A stretch of 62,806 bases of DNA, the filler included, from Chrysochromulina tobinii (Eukaryota): assembly GCA_001275005.1 (NCBI GenBank). It is 7 parts of 7 records of this genome, joined end to end, with 100 filler letters (N's around TTAATTAATTAA, not from the genome) between each part and the next. Parts side by side here need not be neighbours in the genome. Positions count along the whole stretch, not along the records: positions 38,534 to 58,696 come from JWZX01000459.1; 6 more parts are not named here. One strand, given 5' to 3'. This document shows, piece by piece, positions 43,859 to 55,400 of the stretch. The first letter of the stretch is position 1. Each line of letters starts with the position of its first letter. The translations under genes and the position numbers were made by a program. The notes under the pieces are model-generated. The model was not told the origin of the DNA, made no database searches, and saw nothing but the letters and a program-made list of their open reading frames with translations.

Positions 43859-44770
43859 ATGAAGGTCTTTCTCATCTACGATCAGGGTCCCGGGCCGAAC
43901 CACAAGCTCGCGATCACGCTGCCCTCCAAGTGGCTCGACCAGTCTTCCGACAAGCTCAAGGAGCTCTTCGTCGAGAAGTACAATGCCAAGTTTCCGGACT
44001 CGCCGCTCGACGACGAAGAGCTCGTGCTGTCCATCAAGGACGAGTCACCCTTCACCAACCGCACGGTCAAGTACCTGACCTCGAGCGACACTCCCGCCGC
44101 GTGCTTCACGGCTGGGATGGATGTGCGCCTGGTCACGCCACCCAAGGCGACTGCGTCCGGAACGACCGAATCGGGTAAGCTGCGCTGCAAGAATTTTGGG
44201 TGCCAGCGCGAGTTCACTGATGAAGAGAACGGCGAGGGCAGCTGTCGGCACCATGCGGAGCCGCCCGTTTTCCATGACACGCGCAAGTGGTGGGGCTGCT
44301 GCAGTGACATCAAAGTGCTGGAGTTCGACGAGCTGCTAGCCATCCCAGGATGCCAGGTGGGCAGGCATTCGAAAGAGCCTCCCGCCATCGAGGTCGCGCG
44401 CCAGCTGGCCATTGCCAAGGCGAACGCGGAGGCCCTCGAGCGCTTCGATCGCAACCAGACCGGCGTCAACGCCGATGGCTCGGCCGCGCCGCCCAAGCAG
44501 AATGTGGCGGCCGCGGCGGCCGCGCCGCCTCCGAAGCCCAAGGTAAAACCCAACCTGCCCGAGGGCTGGGCGCGCTGCAAGCACTACGGCTGCCAGGTGG
44601 ACTACAAGATCGCCGAGAATGCGGAGGGCGTGTGCGTGTACCATTCGGAGGCGCCTCTCTTCCACGAAGGCGCCAAGAAATGGGTGTGCTGCGGGTGCAC
44701 CAAGTACGACTTCGACGACTTCATCGCCATACCCGGATGCGCGCGCGGCAGGCACGAGCCAGTCGAGTGA
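43859..44770 (+). CDS. CHORD-domain protein (two CHORD zinc domains, RAR1/CHP-like) with N-terminal ubiquitin-like domain
   Basis: CKNFGCQ...CRHHAEPPVFHDTRKWWGCC...FDELLAIPGCQVGRH and CKHYGC...CVYHSEAPLFHEGAKKWVCC...IPGCARGRH. Confidence 0.93.
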   Translation: MKVFLIYDQGPGPNHKLAITLPSKWLDQSSDKLKELFVEKYNAKFPDSPLDDEELVLSIKDESPFTNRTVKYLTSSDTPAACFTAGMDVRLVTPPKATASGTTESGKLRCKNFGCQREFTDEENGEGSCRHHAEPPVFHDTRKWWGCCSDIKVLEFDELLAIPGCQVGRHSKEPPAIEVARQLAIAKANAEALERFDRNQTGVNADGSAAPPKQNVAAAAAAPPPKPKVKPNLPEGWARCKHYGCQVDYKIAENAEGVCVYHSEAPLFHEGAKKWVCCGCTKYDFDDFIAIPGCARGRHEPVE

Positions 44771-45692
44771 GCCGTGAGGGGTTCAGACTGTGGCGCAGCG
44801 CGACGACACAGAGAGGACACAGAGAGGATTATGCGGAAGTAGTACCTCGAGGCGACGAGGCCGTCCTGCAGGACTGCAGGACGGCACTTAGTTTGGTTTA
44901 TACGGGCCGCATCCGTAAAAAATCGATGGACGATGCTCAAACGCGGGGGTGTAGCGGGCCGACCGGTGAGTACTATCTACTATGATTCCCCGTTTTATAG
45001 TCGTTGCCTAAGCCGTAGATCTGTGTACCGCACGCAGTGCGTCGACCCCAGCACCGCCAACGTTCGAGCGGACCTAGGTCCTTAGAGGTTAGACCGCAAG
45101 GCGTAGTACGCCGCCCGACCGGGGACCCATGCGGGGACCGTAAGCTATTAACGAAAATCCGGACCGCCGAGCCACCCGCGGCGCGCGACTAGAAGATGTG
45201 TAGATCGGACAGATGTGACCGCGGGCGGGCTTGGGCGGCGGTCTAGTACGCGGCGGCGGCGACGGTCCCGCAGGCTTCTCTGATCTCTCGCGGCGGACGG
45301 CGCGGTGCCGCCCCCGCCCGCACGGCAACGGGCTAACCGGGGGAACCGAACGCCTCGTGGGCCGATGGCGACGCGCGGTCGGCCCGGGGACCGGTCGCGG
45401 AGCGACGGAAAAGTAAAGGCTAAAGCGAAGCGGTCGCTAAACTTTGACATCTGAGTAATACTCCCTGTTAATTCTGTAAATGCCAAGCCGCACAGAAGCC
45501 GCACAGAACACACGCCGCACCCCAGCCGCTAAATACGCAAACTGAACCACTAATCGAGCCAAGGACACTTCGCCCCTTGTTTCCTTCAGCGCACACACAC
45601 AATCATGTGGCGAGCCCACATGAGAATGTGAATGAGTGAACAAACGGAGAATACCGAGAATGTGTGGCGGCGCGGTGGATGGATGCCGTCAG

Positions 45693-47600
45693 TTAGACTC
45701 GACGCCGACTTCGGCGGGAGTCGTACGCGGGTCGCGGGGCGTCGTCGTCCGGACGAAGTCCGAAGTAGGAAAGATTTACGTGGGGCAAGATGTGCACCTC
45801 GTCGTACCCCGCATCGCGCACGAAGGTGGCGTTGGGGTCGGTCAAGCAGTTCTCGCTCGCCCGCGCGTCGTGCGCGGCATAATGAATCTCGCCTGCAAAC
45901 CTGCGCACCCCCTCGTGACCCATTGGATCGGTCGACAGGCCGACGAGCGCAAGGGCACGCCCGAGGCATCTGTTCGCACCCTCAGGGCCGCCTGCCCAGC
46001 ACTCCTCGATGTTCATCGCATCGTCGACGTACGTATTCGACACGGTGGCAAAGGTGCTGGGAGCGCGCGGGAAGCTGCAGTCAAACGTAGCGCCAGGGGT
46101 ACTGAACCGGCGGAAGACGGAAAACTGCCGGTGAATCTCCTGCCTGGTCACTTTGATCGTCGCGACCTTGGGATGCTGCACAAACGACTCGAGCGCGTCC
46201 CTCCATGCCGGCATCGCCAAGTAGTTACGCGCCACTGTGCACGGTGACGGTATCTCCTCCCTGACGCGCCGTCCGCCCGTGTTGGCATCCACGAACTGGG
46301 GGAACATCTTGAGGGAGATTGTGCAGTCTGAGGGGGGGCAGATGTGCGCGGGCAACTCCTTGCAGGCCATGTTGCGGATGCGGACGAAGTACTCGGCGAT
46401 ATTGTACTGCAGGTTCTCGTACAGGGAGGGAGTGTCGCCGGTCAGGTTCGCCAACGTGCCTCGCATAGCGCGCGGTTTGCCAGCTGTCATGTTGTGGATC
46501 TTGAGCGTCAGCTGCGGGTTGGCCTTCTTCAGGAGGGCGCCAGTTTCCGCGTCGAAGATCGCGTCGGGAGCGTCTGTGCCGTTGCATTCGACCACCTTGC
46601 TCGATGTCCACAACGTGTAATCGAGGTGGTCGCCAAAGGGCTCGCCGATGTCGAGCACACACGGGTGACTATTGAGAGCACGACCTAAGTTGGTTGTGCC
46701 GCTTCCGTGGTCCGATACGACGACGAGCACCTGCGCGCGCTGACCGAATGCGCGCGACGGTGCTTGCCGCTGGCCATCGAATGCGGCCCCCTCTGGTGCC
46801 GGTGATGGAACCAGTACCGACGCGAATTCGTCCGGTAGAGCGGCAAACAGATCACTTGTGTCCGGCAGTGGTATCGGAACCTGTTTAGGGCATACCGTTG
46901 GGAGGTGGAGAATGTGCGTGCCGCTGGGCGTGCGCACTGTGCGGTTGCCACCGTCCGGCAGAGCGCAGATACAAAGCATCAGGCTCTCAGCATCGCCAGA
47001 GCGGAGCTCAGCAGAGCAAACGCCTTCCTGCACCGGCGTTCCGGTCTGCCTGCGTGAGACAGGCAGTGGTTTCTTCGGTGCCGTGCTGGTTGCTGGCGAC
47101 GTGGTGGTCGCATCAGCGGGTGCAGCCGGGGGCCTCGTCCACCGGGTCTCCTGCGTCGCCTTGTTGTAGTAGTAAGTCTTGCCCTCCATGTTTGTTCCCT
47201 CGCTCCACCCGGCTGGCAACGGCTGCGGCTCAGCTGGTCGCGGCGCTGCCGTGCTGGCAGCTGGCGCGGGCGGCGGTAGGTGTGCTTGCGTCTTTGCCGG
47301 TACGCGTGCTAGTGAAGGTGGCAGCGAGCTGGATGCTCGCGTTCGTGCCAACGTGGGCGCTGGCGGTGGGGGTGGCGGTTGGGGTGCCTCAATCGGTGCT
47401 GGCGCCGGTAAAGGAGCTTGCACGGACTGAAGCACGGCAACGCGCGCGTACAAGCGCATCTCGGGCCGAATTCCGAATTCCGAATGCCATCGTCGGCCCC
47501 GCGCATTTGCAGTGGCAGCGCCATGATCGTACACAGCATGGTGAAGACCATCCTTTTTAGGGTTGTTGGCCCGATTTGGGTTGTCCCGATTTGGGTTCAA
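45693..47600 (-). CDS. WW domain + P-loop sulfotransferase-like protein (5' structure uncertain)
   Basis: LPAGWSEGTNMEGKTYYYNKATQETRWTRP (WW); VVSDHGSGTTNLGRALNSHP...GEPF (5'-PSB-like motif). Confidence 0.75.
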   Translation of the reverse strand: MNPNRDNPNRANNPKKDGLHHAVYDHGAATANARGRRWHSEFGIRPEMRLYARVAVLQSVQAPLPAPAPIEAPQPPPPPPAPTLARTRASSSLPPSLARVPAKTQAHLPPPAPAASTAAPRPAEPQPLPAGWSEGTNMEGKTYYYNKATQETRWTRPPAAPADATTTSPATSTAPKKPLPVSRRQTGTPVQEGVCSAELRSGDAESLMLCICALPDGGNRTVRTPSGTHILHLPTVCPKQVPIPLPDTSDLFAALPDEFASVLVPSPAPEGAAFDGQRQAPSRAFGQRAQVLVVVSDHGSGTTNLGRALNSHPCVLDIGEPFGDHLDYTLWTSSKVVECNGTDAPDAIFDAETGALLKKANPQLTLKIHNMTAGKPRAMRGTLANLTGDTPSLYENLQYNIAEYFVRIRNMACKELPAHICPPSDCTISLKMFPQFVDANTGGRRVREEIPSPCTVARNYLAMPAWRDALESFVQHPKVATIKVTRQEIHRQFSVFRRFSTPGATFDCSFPRAPSTFATVSNTYVDDAMNIEECWAGGPEGANRCLGRALALVGLSTDPMGHEGVRRFAGEIHYAAHDARASENCLTDPNATFVRDAGYDEVHILPHVNLSYFGLRPDDDAPRPAYDSRRSRRRV

Positions 47601-47854
47601 AGAAGAGAGTCGCCTTTTCCTTTAATCATCCTACAAGGTACATAGTTGAGTGCGTGTCGTGTGTTTCGCTCAATGCACTCATCGTGAAGGAACGTGTGAA
47701 TGTTTGGCGTCTTCACGCCGGCGACGTCGGTCAGGTTCGTCGGATCGTTCGTCGGTCGGTCTCCTGCTTTTCTGCTCGCCTGCCCGCTGGCACGAGGTCG
47801 TCAATCTTGAGCCGCTGCGGCGAGCGCTTGCGTGGTCAGCGCTCCATTCGCGCC

Positions 47855-49195
47855 ATGTCCAACGCCCGTTGGGGCTGCGACGACATCAACGAGGGCACGA
47901 TGCACAATGGTTTCGGCGATGCGCGGGTCAACGGCTTGGATCAGTTCATGCAGACCGATGCTGAGACAGAGGCTTGCATTGCTTCCCTCGAGCAAGCGCA
48001 GAGGGATTGTCTGGCTCTGAAGCGATCACGCGAGGGCGAGCCTTTGCACGCAAATGAGGCGGCGGCGCCGCCGCCGGGCGTTCCACTCGCCACCTCCTTT
48101 GAGCGCTTGCACAACTTTACGCTTCGCGACGCCAAGGCGGGTGCAGCGCCGGAGCTCAAGCTGTACGACGCGATGGCGAGCCCCGACCGGCAGCTAGTCA
48201 AGGCGGGCTACTTTGTCGCCGAGGGCTCGCTCATCATTCAGCAGATCCTGCAGCTCGGCACCTCCTACCAGATCGCCTCGCTGCTCGGGACGGAGACGCA
48301 GCTGCAGACGCTCGTTCCCAACCTAGTCGAGGCGGACGCCGCGTACTCGAAGGCGGCAAGGACGAGCGGCGGCGGTGGCGCTGGTAGCGGTGATGGCACC
48401 GGCGGCGCGGGAAGCCCACCAGTGGCGCCGCCGCCGCCGTGCGTCGTCTTCGCCGGCAGCCGCGCGGACGTGTCGAAAGCGACGGGCTTCAAGCACTCGG
48501 CGCTGTCTGTGCTGGCGATTGTGCGCCGGCCGACGGCTGTGCACCGGCCGCTTGCCGAATGGCTGCCGACGCTGCAGGCAGTGCCCGGGACAGCCGTTCC
48601 CGCGGTCCTCGTTCTCGACGGCGTCATCAAGCCGGAGAATGTGGGCGCGCTCTTTCGCACGGCCCTAGCCTTTGGAGCATGCGGCGTTCTGCTCTCGCCG
48701 GGGTGCGCGGACCCTTTCTACCGCAAGTCGATCCGTTCGTCCATGGGGGCCGTTTTCAAGCTCCCATTCGTCCACGCCACGCGATGGCCTCGCGAGCTGG
48801 ATGAGCTGCGAACGCACGGCTACCGTCTCCTCGCCCTCCACCTAAAGGGATCAGTGGCCCATGATGTTGCCGTCCCGATCGGCACGGCAAGCGGCAGCAG
48901 TCGCGGCAACGTCGACGGCAGCGCGGGCGGCAGTGGGCATGCAGCCGGCATCGCCCCCTTTGCGATCATGGTGGGCGCCGAGTACGAGGGCGTGAGTGAC
49001 GATGCGGCACAGCGGGCGCATGCACGGGTGCGTATCCCGATGTCGGACGCCATGGCGGGCAGCCTCGACTCGCTCAATGTCAACGTCGCCGCGGCGATCG
49101 TCCTCGAGCGGGTCTTCGCCGCCAATCGGCAAGCCCACACGGCCCTTGAAGATCGCAAGTCTGCGGGAGACGCTGCAAAGGAGCTGACGGGCTGA
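47855..49195 (+). CDS. SpoU/TrmH-family (SPOUT) RNA methyltransferase
   Basis: FVAEG, VLDGVIKPENVGALFRTALAFG, DPFYRKSIRSSMGAVF, VGAEYEGVS, VRIPM...DSLNVNVAAAIVL. Confidence 0.93.
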   Translation: MSNARWGCDDINEGTMHNGFGDARVNGLDQFMQTDAETEACIASLEQAQRDCLALKRSREGEPLHANEAAAPPPGVPLATSFERLHNFTLRDAKAGAAPELKLYDAMASPDRQLVKAGYFVAEGSLIIQQILQLGTSYQIASLLGTETQLQTLVPNLVEADAAYSKAARTSGGGGAGSGDGTGGAGSPPVAPPPPCVVFAGSRADVSKATGFKHSALSVLAIVRRPTAVHRPLAEWLPTLQAVPGTAVPAVLVLDGVIKPENVGALFRTALAFGACGVLLSPGCADPFYRKSIRSSMGAVFKLPFVHATRWPRELDELRTHGYRLLALHLKGSVAHDVAVPIGTASGSSRGNVDGSAGGSGHAAGIAPFAIMVGAEYEGVSDDAAQRAHARVRIPMSDAMAGSLDSLNVNVAAAIVLERVFAANRQAHTALEDRKSAGDAAKELTG

Positions 49196-49491
49196 CGACT
49201 CTTGTCTGTGTACACCCTCTCTGCGCGTGCGCCCTTTGCCTTTCGCGCCTCTTCACGGTGCATGCGATAGCGTGGCCCTACCTGGCTTGTCTTGCGAGCT
49301 TAAACGTAGGCGGTTGCACCACGTCGTGTAAGCACCGTTTGTACCGATACATGTTTCACCGGGGACATGTGCGCGACACCAATTCTGCTCTCACTCGAGT
49401 GACACTCTCAAATAATACGCGCAGCTGGCTCTCGCCCGCCCGGCAGTACAGGGCAGCGCTGAGAGGAGATGTCCTCGTCTGGCAATGCAAC

Positions 49492-49924
49492 TTACATTAG
49501 CCCCGAAGAGCCGCCGCCTGCCGCTGCCTGAGCCTTCGCCCGAGCCGCCCAGGCCTGAGAGACTAGCGTCATCGAGTCCAGGTACCGATCCATGCACTTG
49601 GCGGTGCAAAGCTTCTCGCTGTCGTCGAGCTTGGCGCCCGGCCGCGTCACACAGCGCTCGAAGCATTTGTCGGTGATTTTCTGCGCGTGAGGGCAGCACA
49701 CCGACCCATCAGTTGACGAGTGCAGGCACACAATGTCGATTTTTAATAGCAGAGCGGCCCTAACCTGCATCACTTCCTGGATGTACTGGGCGGCGAGCTG
49801 CCCCTGCACCTGCAGCTTCGCCTCATGGATGTCTTTGTCCTGCCAGCAGCACGAATGAGTCGGGACACATGTCAGCAGGAGGCTCGTAACGTGACGTCCG
49901 AGACTGTGACTTGCATACATCCAT
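49492..49924 (-). CDS. Mitochondrial small Tim chaperone (Tim8/Tim13-like); exons 49919-49924, 49765-49839, 49492-49680
   Basis: Twin CX3C motif: KITDKCFERCV...EKLCTAKCMDRYLD. Two GT-AG introns restore MD-DKDIHEAK...EVMQ-KITDKC. Confidence 0.88.
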
Positions 49925-50097
49925 GGTGATTCCACGTGGGCGTCCTCGAAGACGTTGATGAAAATGCGCGTTTGTGGGGTGCAAACACACCTCATCTCCC
50001 GAAAGTGCCTCACAATCACACTTTCAGAACCTCCTTTCGAGTGTGGGCTCCGTCTTCGGACACTTTTTCGGCGGCCCCTGCAACAAGGATCGGGTGG

Positions 50098-50853
50098 ATG
50101 GCGACGGCCATGCTGCTCGCGGCGATGATGCCTACCTTTACAGCGATGCGAACGGTAGGCATCATCGCGCACCCACGGCCAATTCTGCATGCGTCGCGTG
50201 CACTTCCGTGCCGAGCAGTCGTCGAACCGGACAAGGCGTCCAGAGCAGAGAAGCCCGCAGCTGAACCGCCAGAGGAGACCCTCGAGGAAGCGTACAATGC
50301 TGGTTTAGAATTTGGCAAGGACATCAAAAGAAAATTTGCCGCTCCTCGTATTGATGATCCCGGCCTGCCTTATGCGGACGCGCTCGTCTGCATCTGCGGT
50401 AGCATCTTCTTGGCGTCGCTCGGTCTGACTGGTATTCTACCCCAACAGACTTGGCTCCAGCCGCTTGCCATCGTGCCCGCATGGCGTGGCCTGCCTTACA
50501 TTGTGCCGGCCTGCTCGCACGGGGCGGGCCTCGCAGCGTGCTGGATCCTAGGCGCGCTCGCCGCCGAGGCCTTTGAACGCGGCGCTTACTTGGGTACATG
50601 GCAAGAGGCCTTCTCTCGGACGTGGAAGGGCGGCGCCTTTGCGGCCGGGATTCTGCTGCTGTCGACCCAGGTGTCGACCTTCGTGGCACTTACTGAGCGT
50701 GGGCTCGATCCCAGCGCAGCGGGTCTGGGCATCGACCCGGCGGCGGATCTTGTGGTAATTCGTCGTGGGTTCGAGGTCCTGTGCGACATTGCCGTGCAAT
50801 GCGTCGGGCTCACAGCCTTTCGCATCTACCGCTGGAGGGACGCGCAGCCTTGA
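50098..50853 (+). CDS. Membrane protein with signal/transit-like N-terminus (possibly plastid-targeted)
   Basis: Hydrophobic leader, then several transmembrane-like segments; motif PRIDDPGLPYADAL. Confidence 0.65.
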   Translation: MATAMLLAAMMPTFTAMRTVGIIAHPRPILHASRALPCRAVVEPDKASRAEKPAAEPPEETLEEAYNAGLEFGKDIKRKFAAPRIDDPGLPYADALVCICGSIFLASLGLTGILPQQTWLQPLAIVPAWRGLPYIVPACSHGAGLAACWILGALAAEAFERGAYLGTWQEAFSRTWKGGAFAAGILLLSTQVSTFVALTERGLDPSAAGLGIDPAADLVVIRRGFEVLCDIAVQCVGLTAFRIYRWRDAQP

Positions 50854-51512
50854 AGGGAAAGGGACCTGTGCGGCGGCGTGTTCGGTCGCCGTGGCTCGGC
50901 AAACGGGCGGGGCCGGCGGGGCCGCAGAGAGAGACTCGCGTCATGTGGAGTCTTGTGTGATTCGCGTGGGCCCGAAACAGATGATCTCGTCTCGCAAAAA
51001 GAAAAACGCGCAGGGGTAGGGCCTACGGCCGCCGCGTGTCGGGTCATCTGGTCGTGTCGCCTGTCGCTCGTCGGGATTCGCGATTCGATTCGCTATCACC
51101 CCACAGCCCACAGCCCACACAGGACCGGCTAACGGTAACGTCGGAAGCGTTCCCTGATCCCCTGTGTTACTGTGGGTCTGTGGGTCTGGGTCCCGCGCTC
51201 CCGCACCCGCTGTCCCCGGCGCGCGACCGCGAGGCTGCGATAACCGAGTACAACTCGGTATGTGGACCATGCCGACTGGGCACAGCACTCGCTCGCCCGG
51301 GGCCGTGGCGCGTGGGCCGACGGCCGTGCGGAGCGCGTGCACACTGAGAGCTCCTGAGCTCGGTTCCCTGCGGCCGCCGGCGGTACCGCTACGTTTCCGA
51401 TGCGTGCACCGGCATAGCGCACATGCGCGTATCGGACCTCTATCTATCCGTCTCCCGTCTCCCGTCTGGACCAGACGTTGAGCGGGTTGAGATCTTAAGT
51501 TAAGTGGAGTGC

Positions 51513-52181
51513 TCATTCTTTCTTCGACGGCTTCGGCGATGATCCACTCAAGGCCGTGTACACCTTGACGCCGATGTTGTAGCCCCAGTACTGCTGCATG
51601 GCAGCGCCGATGAGAACGAGGTAGCCCAGGATCGGATGCGTTCCGCCCCGAAAGAACTTGACCGCCGCCCAGGAGCCGTTGCCCATACGGACGATGGCAA
51701 ACATGATGGCGAAGCTGAGGAAGAAGACGTTTGAGATGAGTTCTCCCGCGCGATTGCGTGTTAGGTACCAGATGTTGAGAAAAATGGAGGACGCCTCCTG
51801 CATCAGCAGCGGTCTGGCGAGGGCATGCAAGTCGGCCGCCCAGATCAGCCCGCCTGCGGCAATGTGCACTGCGTGGTGCAGTATCATGTCCTTGCCGTGC
51901 AGACGAAACCACAAACCGACGAGCAGATCGACGATCTCAAAAGTGAAGAAGGCGAGGCCACATTGATTGAGGAAGTCATCGTGTGGAGCGAAGAAGGCTC
52001 CGACCGATACAATGACGCTTCTCACCGTCGCCAGCAGAGTATGCCCGCTCGTCAGCAGGTTGGCGTTCTCATCGGCTCGCGACGACTTGGGCAGCTGGCG
52101 CGCAATTACCATGCACACAGGCCAGCCGGCAAACCAGAACGCGCACCAGTATGCGCACGCCCATGTCAGGTCTGTCGTCAT
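51513..52181 (-). CDS. TLC (TRAM/LAG1/CLN8) domain membrane protein
   Basis: DMILHHAV, LLMQEASSIFLNI, FAIMFAIVRM, QYWGYNI. Confidence 0.88.
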   Translation of the reverse strand: MTTDLTWACAYWCAFWFAGWPVCMVIARQLPKSSRADENANLLTSGHTLLATVRSVIVSVGAFFAPHDDFLNQCGLAFFTFEIVDLLVGLWFRLHGKDMILHHAVHIAAGGLIWAADLHALARPLLMQEASSIFLNIWYLTRNRAGELISNVFFLSFAIMFAIVRMGNGSWAAVKFFRGGTHPILGYLVLIGAAMQQYWGYNIGVKVYTALSGSSPKPSKKE

Positions 52182-52467
52182 CAGCGTGCGAAACGCGACG
52201 CCCCTTGCAGCAACCTTCGTCTGTCGTGTTAACGTTCACACGACCCGTCCAAGGGGACGTTGGCGCGAGCTCATTTGCTGCCGGAAAAGTTCCCTTTCAA
52301 TTGATCCTCGATGCATGCGGAACGCATTGGAACGTTGACAGGAAAACTACTCGAGTATGTGTCGCATTCCGTAATATCTCGCGCAGCATACGTCCCGACA
52401 GCTGTGGGTCGTCGTCAAGCTTCTACAGGAGGCGCCCTGTGGCCTGACCGAGGTCCCCGGTTCGTGC

Positions 52468-55400
52468 ATGACTACCATCTCATTCCGCCTCATCGGATCG
52501 GGCGGCTGCGCCTACCGATTCGCCAATGACACTAGCGCCGACTACTACGCGCGGTCCGCGTCCGCCAAGACCTGCAACAGCTGTCGAATGCTTTGCTCCA
52601 GCGAATCCACATGCAAAGGATTCCAGTGCCTCGTCGCAGGTGGCACTGGAAGTTGTGAGCTGTGGAAGTTCCGGCCGCGTTACATTGCTCCAGTCGCACC
52701 CACCCTGGCCTCAGAGTGCTGGGAGTTGCTTGACCCATTCGCAAAGGAGGGCTTCCACTATCCATCACCGCCGCCGCCGCCAGTCCCGGCACCGCCACCT
52801 CCGCCGCCACCGCCACCTCCGCCGCCACCAGCGCCGTCGCCGCCGCCTGCGCCGCCTCCAACCCCGCCGCCGCCGCCTTTTTGGGGTTGTCCGCAGCAAT
52901 CGATCGCCTGCCTGCGCGTGAGCCTGCCTTGTGATCCGACCCAGAGCATATGCGACGGTGTGGCCGAGCCTATCCTTGATCCGCATAATGGCGCGACCCT
53001 GCCGGCGATGTCAGCAGGCTGCACGCAAGCGATGCAGCGCGAGCGCGCGGAGTACGCCGTCGATTACGAGCCGGCGGGCGTTGACGAGGAGGGCCGCACC
53101 CACTTTCGCGCACTGCAGCATGCCGGTCTGACTGCGCAGCTGCACCTCTATTACACAGAGCCATCGGCGCGCTTCTCGCCCTCTCGCTTCTCCGAGTGGG
53201 TCTTCTCGCGCGAGCGCTCGGAGGCAGTCTACCTTGGCGATCCGAACGCCCGCGCACCCGACCTTATCCTTCGCGTGAGCGATCAACCTTCACTCAAAGG
53301 GATGGTACCTTTCGGCACGCATGCATGGCAGCAGCAGCAGCAAGCCTCGACGTGTCAAGAGGCCTCGGCAAGAGGCGCCGGCGCCACAGCCACGCGCGCA
53401 TGGGTCCGCATCGAGTGCGTGCTGTGTGCAACTGGCCTTCTGGCGGGCGCGGCAGCCGTTGGGGGGGGCGGCATGCAGTCGCGCCCTCTTGAGCCTCTTC
53501 CAGTTCGAACAGGCTGCTCGAGCATCGATTTGCGGTGGCCGGCGCCGCGGCCGCCGTACTGGGGCATAGACGTGCCGCCGCCGGAGCGTTATCGGCTTCG
53601 TGTGGCGCCCACGAGCGCCGACAGCGTGTCCACCTCTGTGTGGAAGACCGGCGTCGTCGAGCTCACTGTGATGGCGTCGCAACAATCGGCTCTTAACTTT
53701 GCGCACGTCGAGGGGCTTACGAGTGGCACGAGCTATGAGTTTCGCTTGGCGCCCTCGATAGGCAGCACACGCACAGCCGGAGTCCCAGGCGCTATCTCGG
53801 GCGCTATCTCGTCGGTGACGTGGGGCGCCTACGGACCCCCGGTGGTGCTGACCACGGGGGTGAGCTCCGACTTGATGATGGTGTGGCCGCTGGAACTCAC
53901 GGTGGTGCTCGCACCGCCGGCGACACGTCGAGGCAGGAGCGTCGAGGGAGCGCCGCCCCCACTGTCGTGCCGTGCTCTGCACTTTCTCGTACCACCGCCG
54001 CCTGACTGCCAAGGGTTCACCATGGAGATGGAGTGGCTCTTGCCGAGCGTCCAAGATCACGACAGGGCGTCCTCGTTATGGCAGCCATGCTCGGCGTGTA
54101 CAATAGGCACCCTCACCGCCGACGGGCAGAGAGTCGTGACCGTTGCGGGTGTGTCGCCTCTCGCCCTCTACGAGTTTCGCGCCAAGCTCGTCCGCCGCAA
54201 CGCCATGCCCTTGTCGCCCTCGGCCGGAGCCGAGACTGCACCCAGCGAGGAGCGCTTCGGGCCGGCCACACCGCCGGTGCTTGCAGGCTGGATCCCGACC
54301 GACCTTTTGGCCGCTCCGACTGTGCATGCGACTTCGTCGGCTTCGTTTGAGCTCATCGTTCCACGGGACCCAGCCGCTCAGTGCCGTCAACAGGTGGGCC
54401 AGCCTATCGACTGGGAGGTGGAGGTACGGCAGCGAAGTCAGGCGGGTAGCGCACTCCATGCCGCGGCTGCGACGTGGCTTGCAATCCATCGATCGGATAT
54501 CCTCTCTGTCCAACAATCGTCCGCATCCGCCTCCACCTCCCACGTTGAGATCTCCCGCGTTGAGATCCACTCGCTGCGCTGTCCCAGCGGCTGCGACTTC
54601 CGGCTACGGCCGACGAACGTGATGGGCGCTGCTGCGCATGCCGCCGCGTACGCCACAGCCTCTTCGCCCTCGCTGCCACCCCGCCGCACCCTTGGCGCCG
54701 ACCGCATCGAGCTCAAGCTACAGCAAGCTCCCTTGACCGGCACTAGAACGAGCACGCCCATGAGTGGGTTGGTGGGCGAGGGAGGCGTATCAAGCAAGGT
54801 GGCGGAGGGGGAGCAGGCTCGGGAACACGAGAAGCTGCACGCTCTGGAGCAGCAGTTCAACGACGAGATGGTCTCGGTGCTCCAGGTGCGCCGCGAGAGT
54901 GTGCATCTGGTGGAGCCGCGCGCTTCCTTGCGCTACGTCATCGTGGACCTGGCGCCAGGGCTTGCCCGGACATTGGTGGACGCTCTTCGACTGCGCGCAC
55001 AAGCCTTCCAGTGCGTGCCAACACACATGGTCGAGCGCTTGTGGAGCCTTCGGGCAGCTGCGATCTTGTGCGAGCGGCTTCGGGACGCGCCGCTGCTCTC
55101 GCACATCGACCTGTCGGGTGGCGTGCTGTTGCAGAGCGTACAGGATGCGAGTATCTGGATACAGCTGGCGCCCACGCTGGTTCGTGATGAGGGGATCCTG
55201 ATCGAGCAAACGGCGGATGTGGGTGGTGGCTCCGATGGCGGCGCGATAGCTCTTGCCCTGCTCGTACTCGTACTCGTCGTGCCTATTGCTGCGGCATACT
55301 TCTCTTCGATCCACAATGCGACAGCGTCCGCCCGCGTCATCTGCACCACCGCGAGCAGCGCCGGTGCCGAGGCTCTCATCACGGTGGCGCTTGGGCTCGA

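Noticed and set aside
44860..44895. Helitron 3' end (hairpin + CTRR)
   Set aside because: The hairpin is followed by cacttagt rather than a properly spaced CTAG, and no 5' end or Rep/helicase is visible.
50941..51912. 323-aa minus-strand ORF overlapping the TLC gene
   Set aside because: It is an alternative frame of the TLC gene extended into intergenic DNA, with no motif support.
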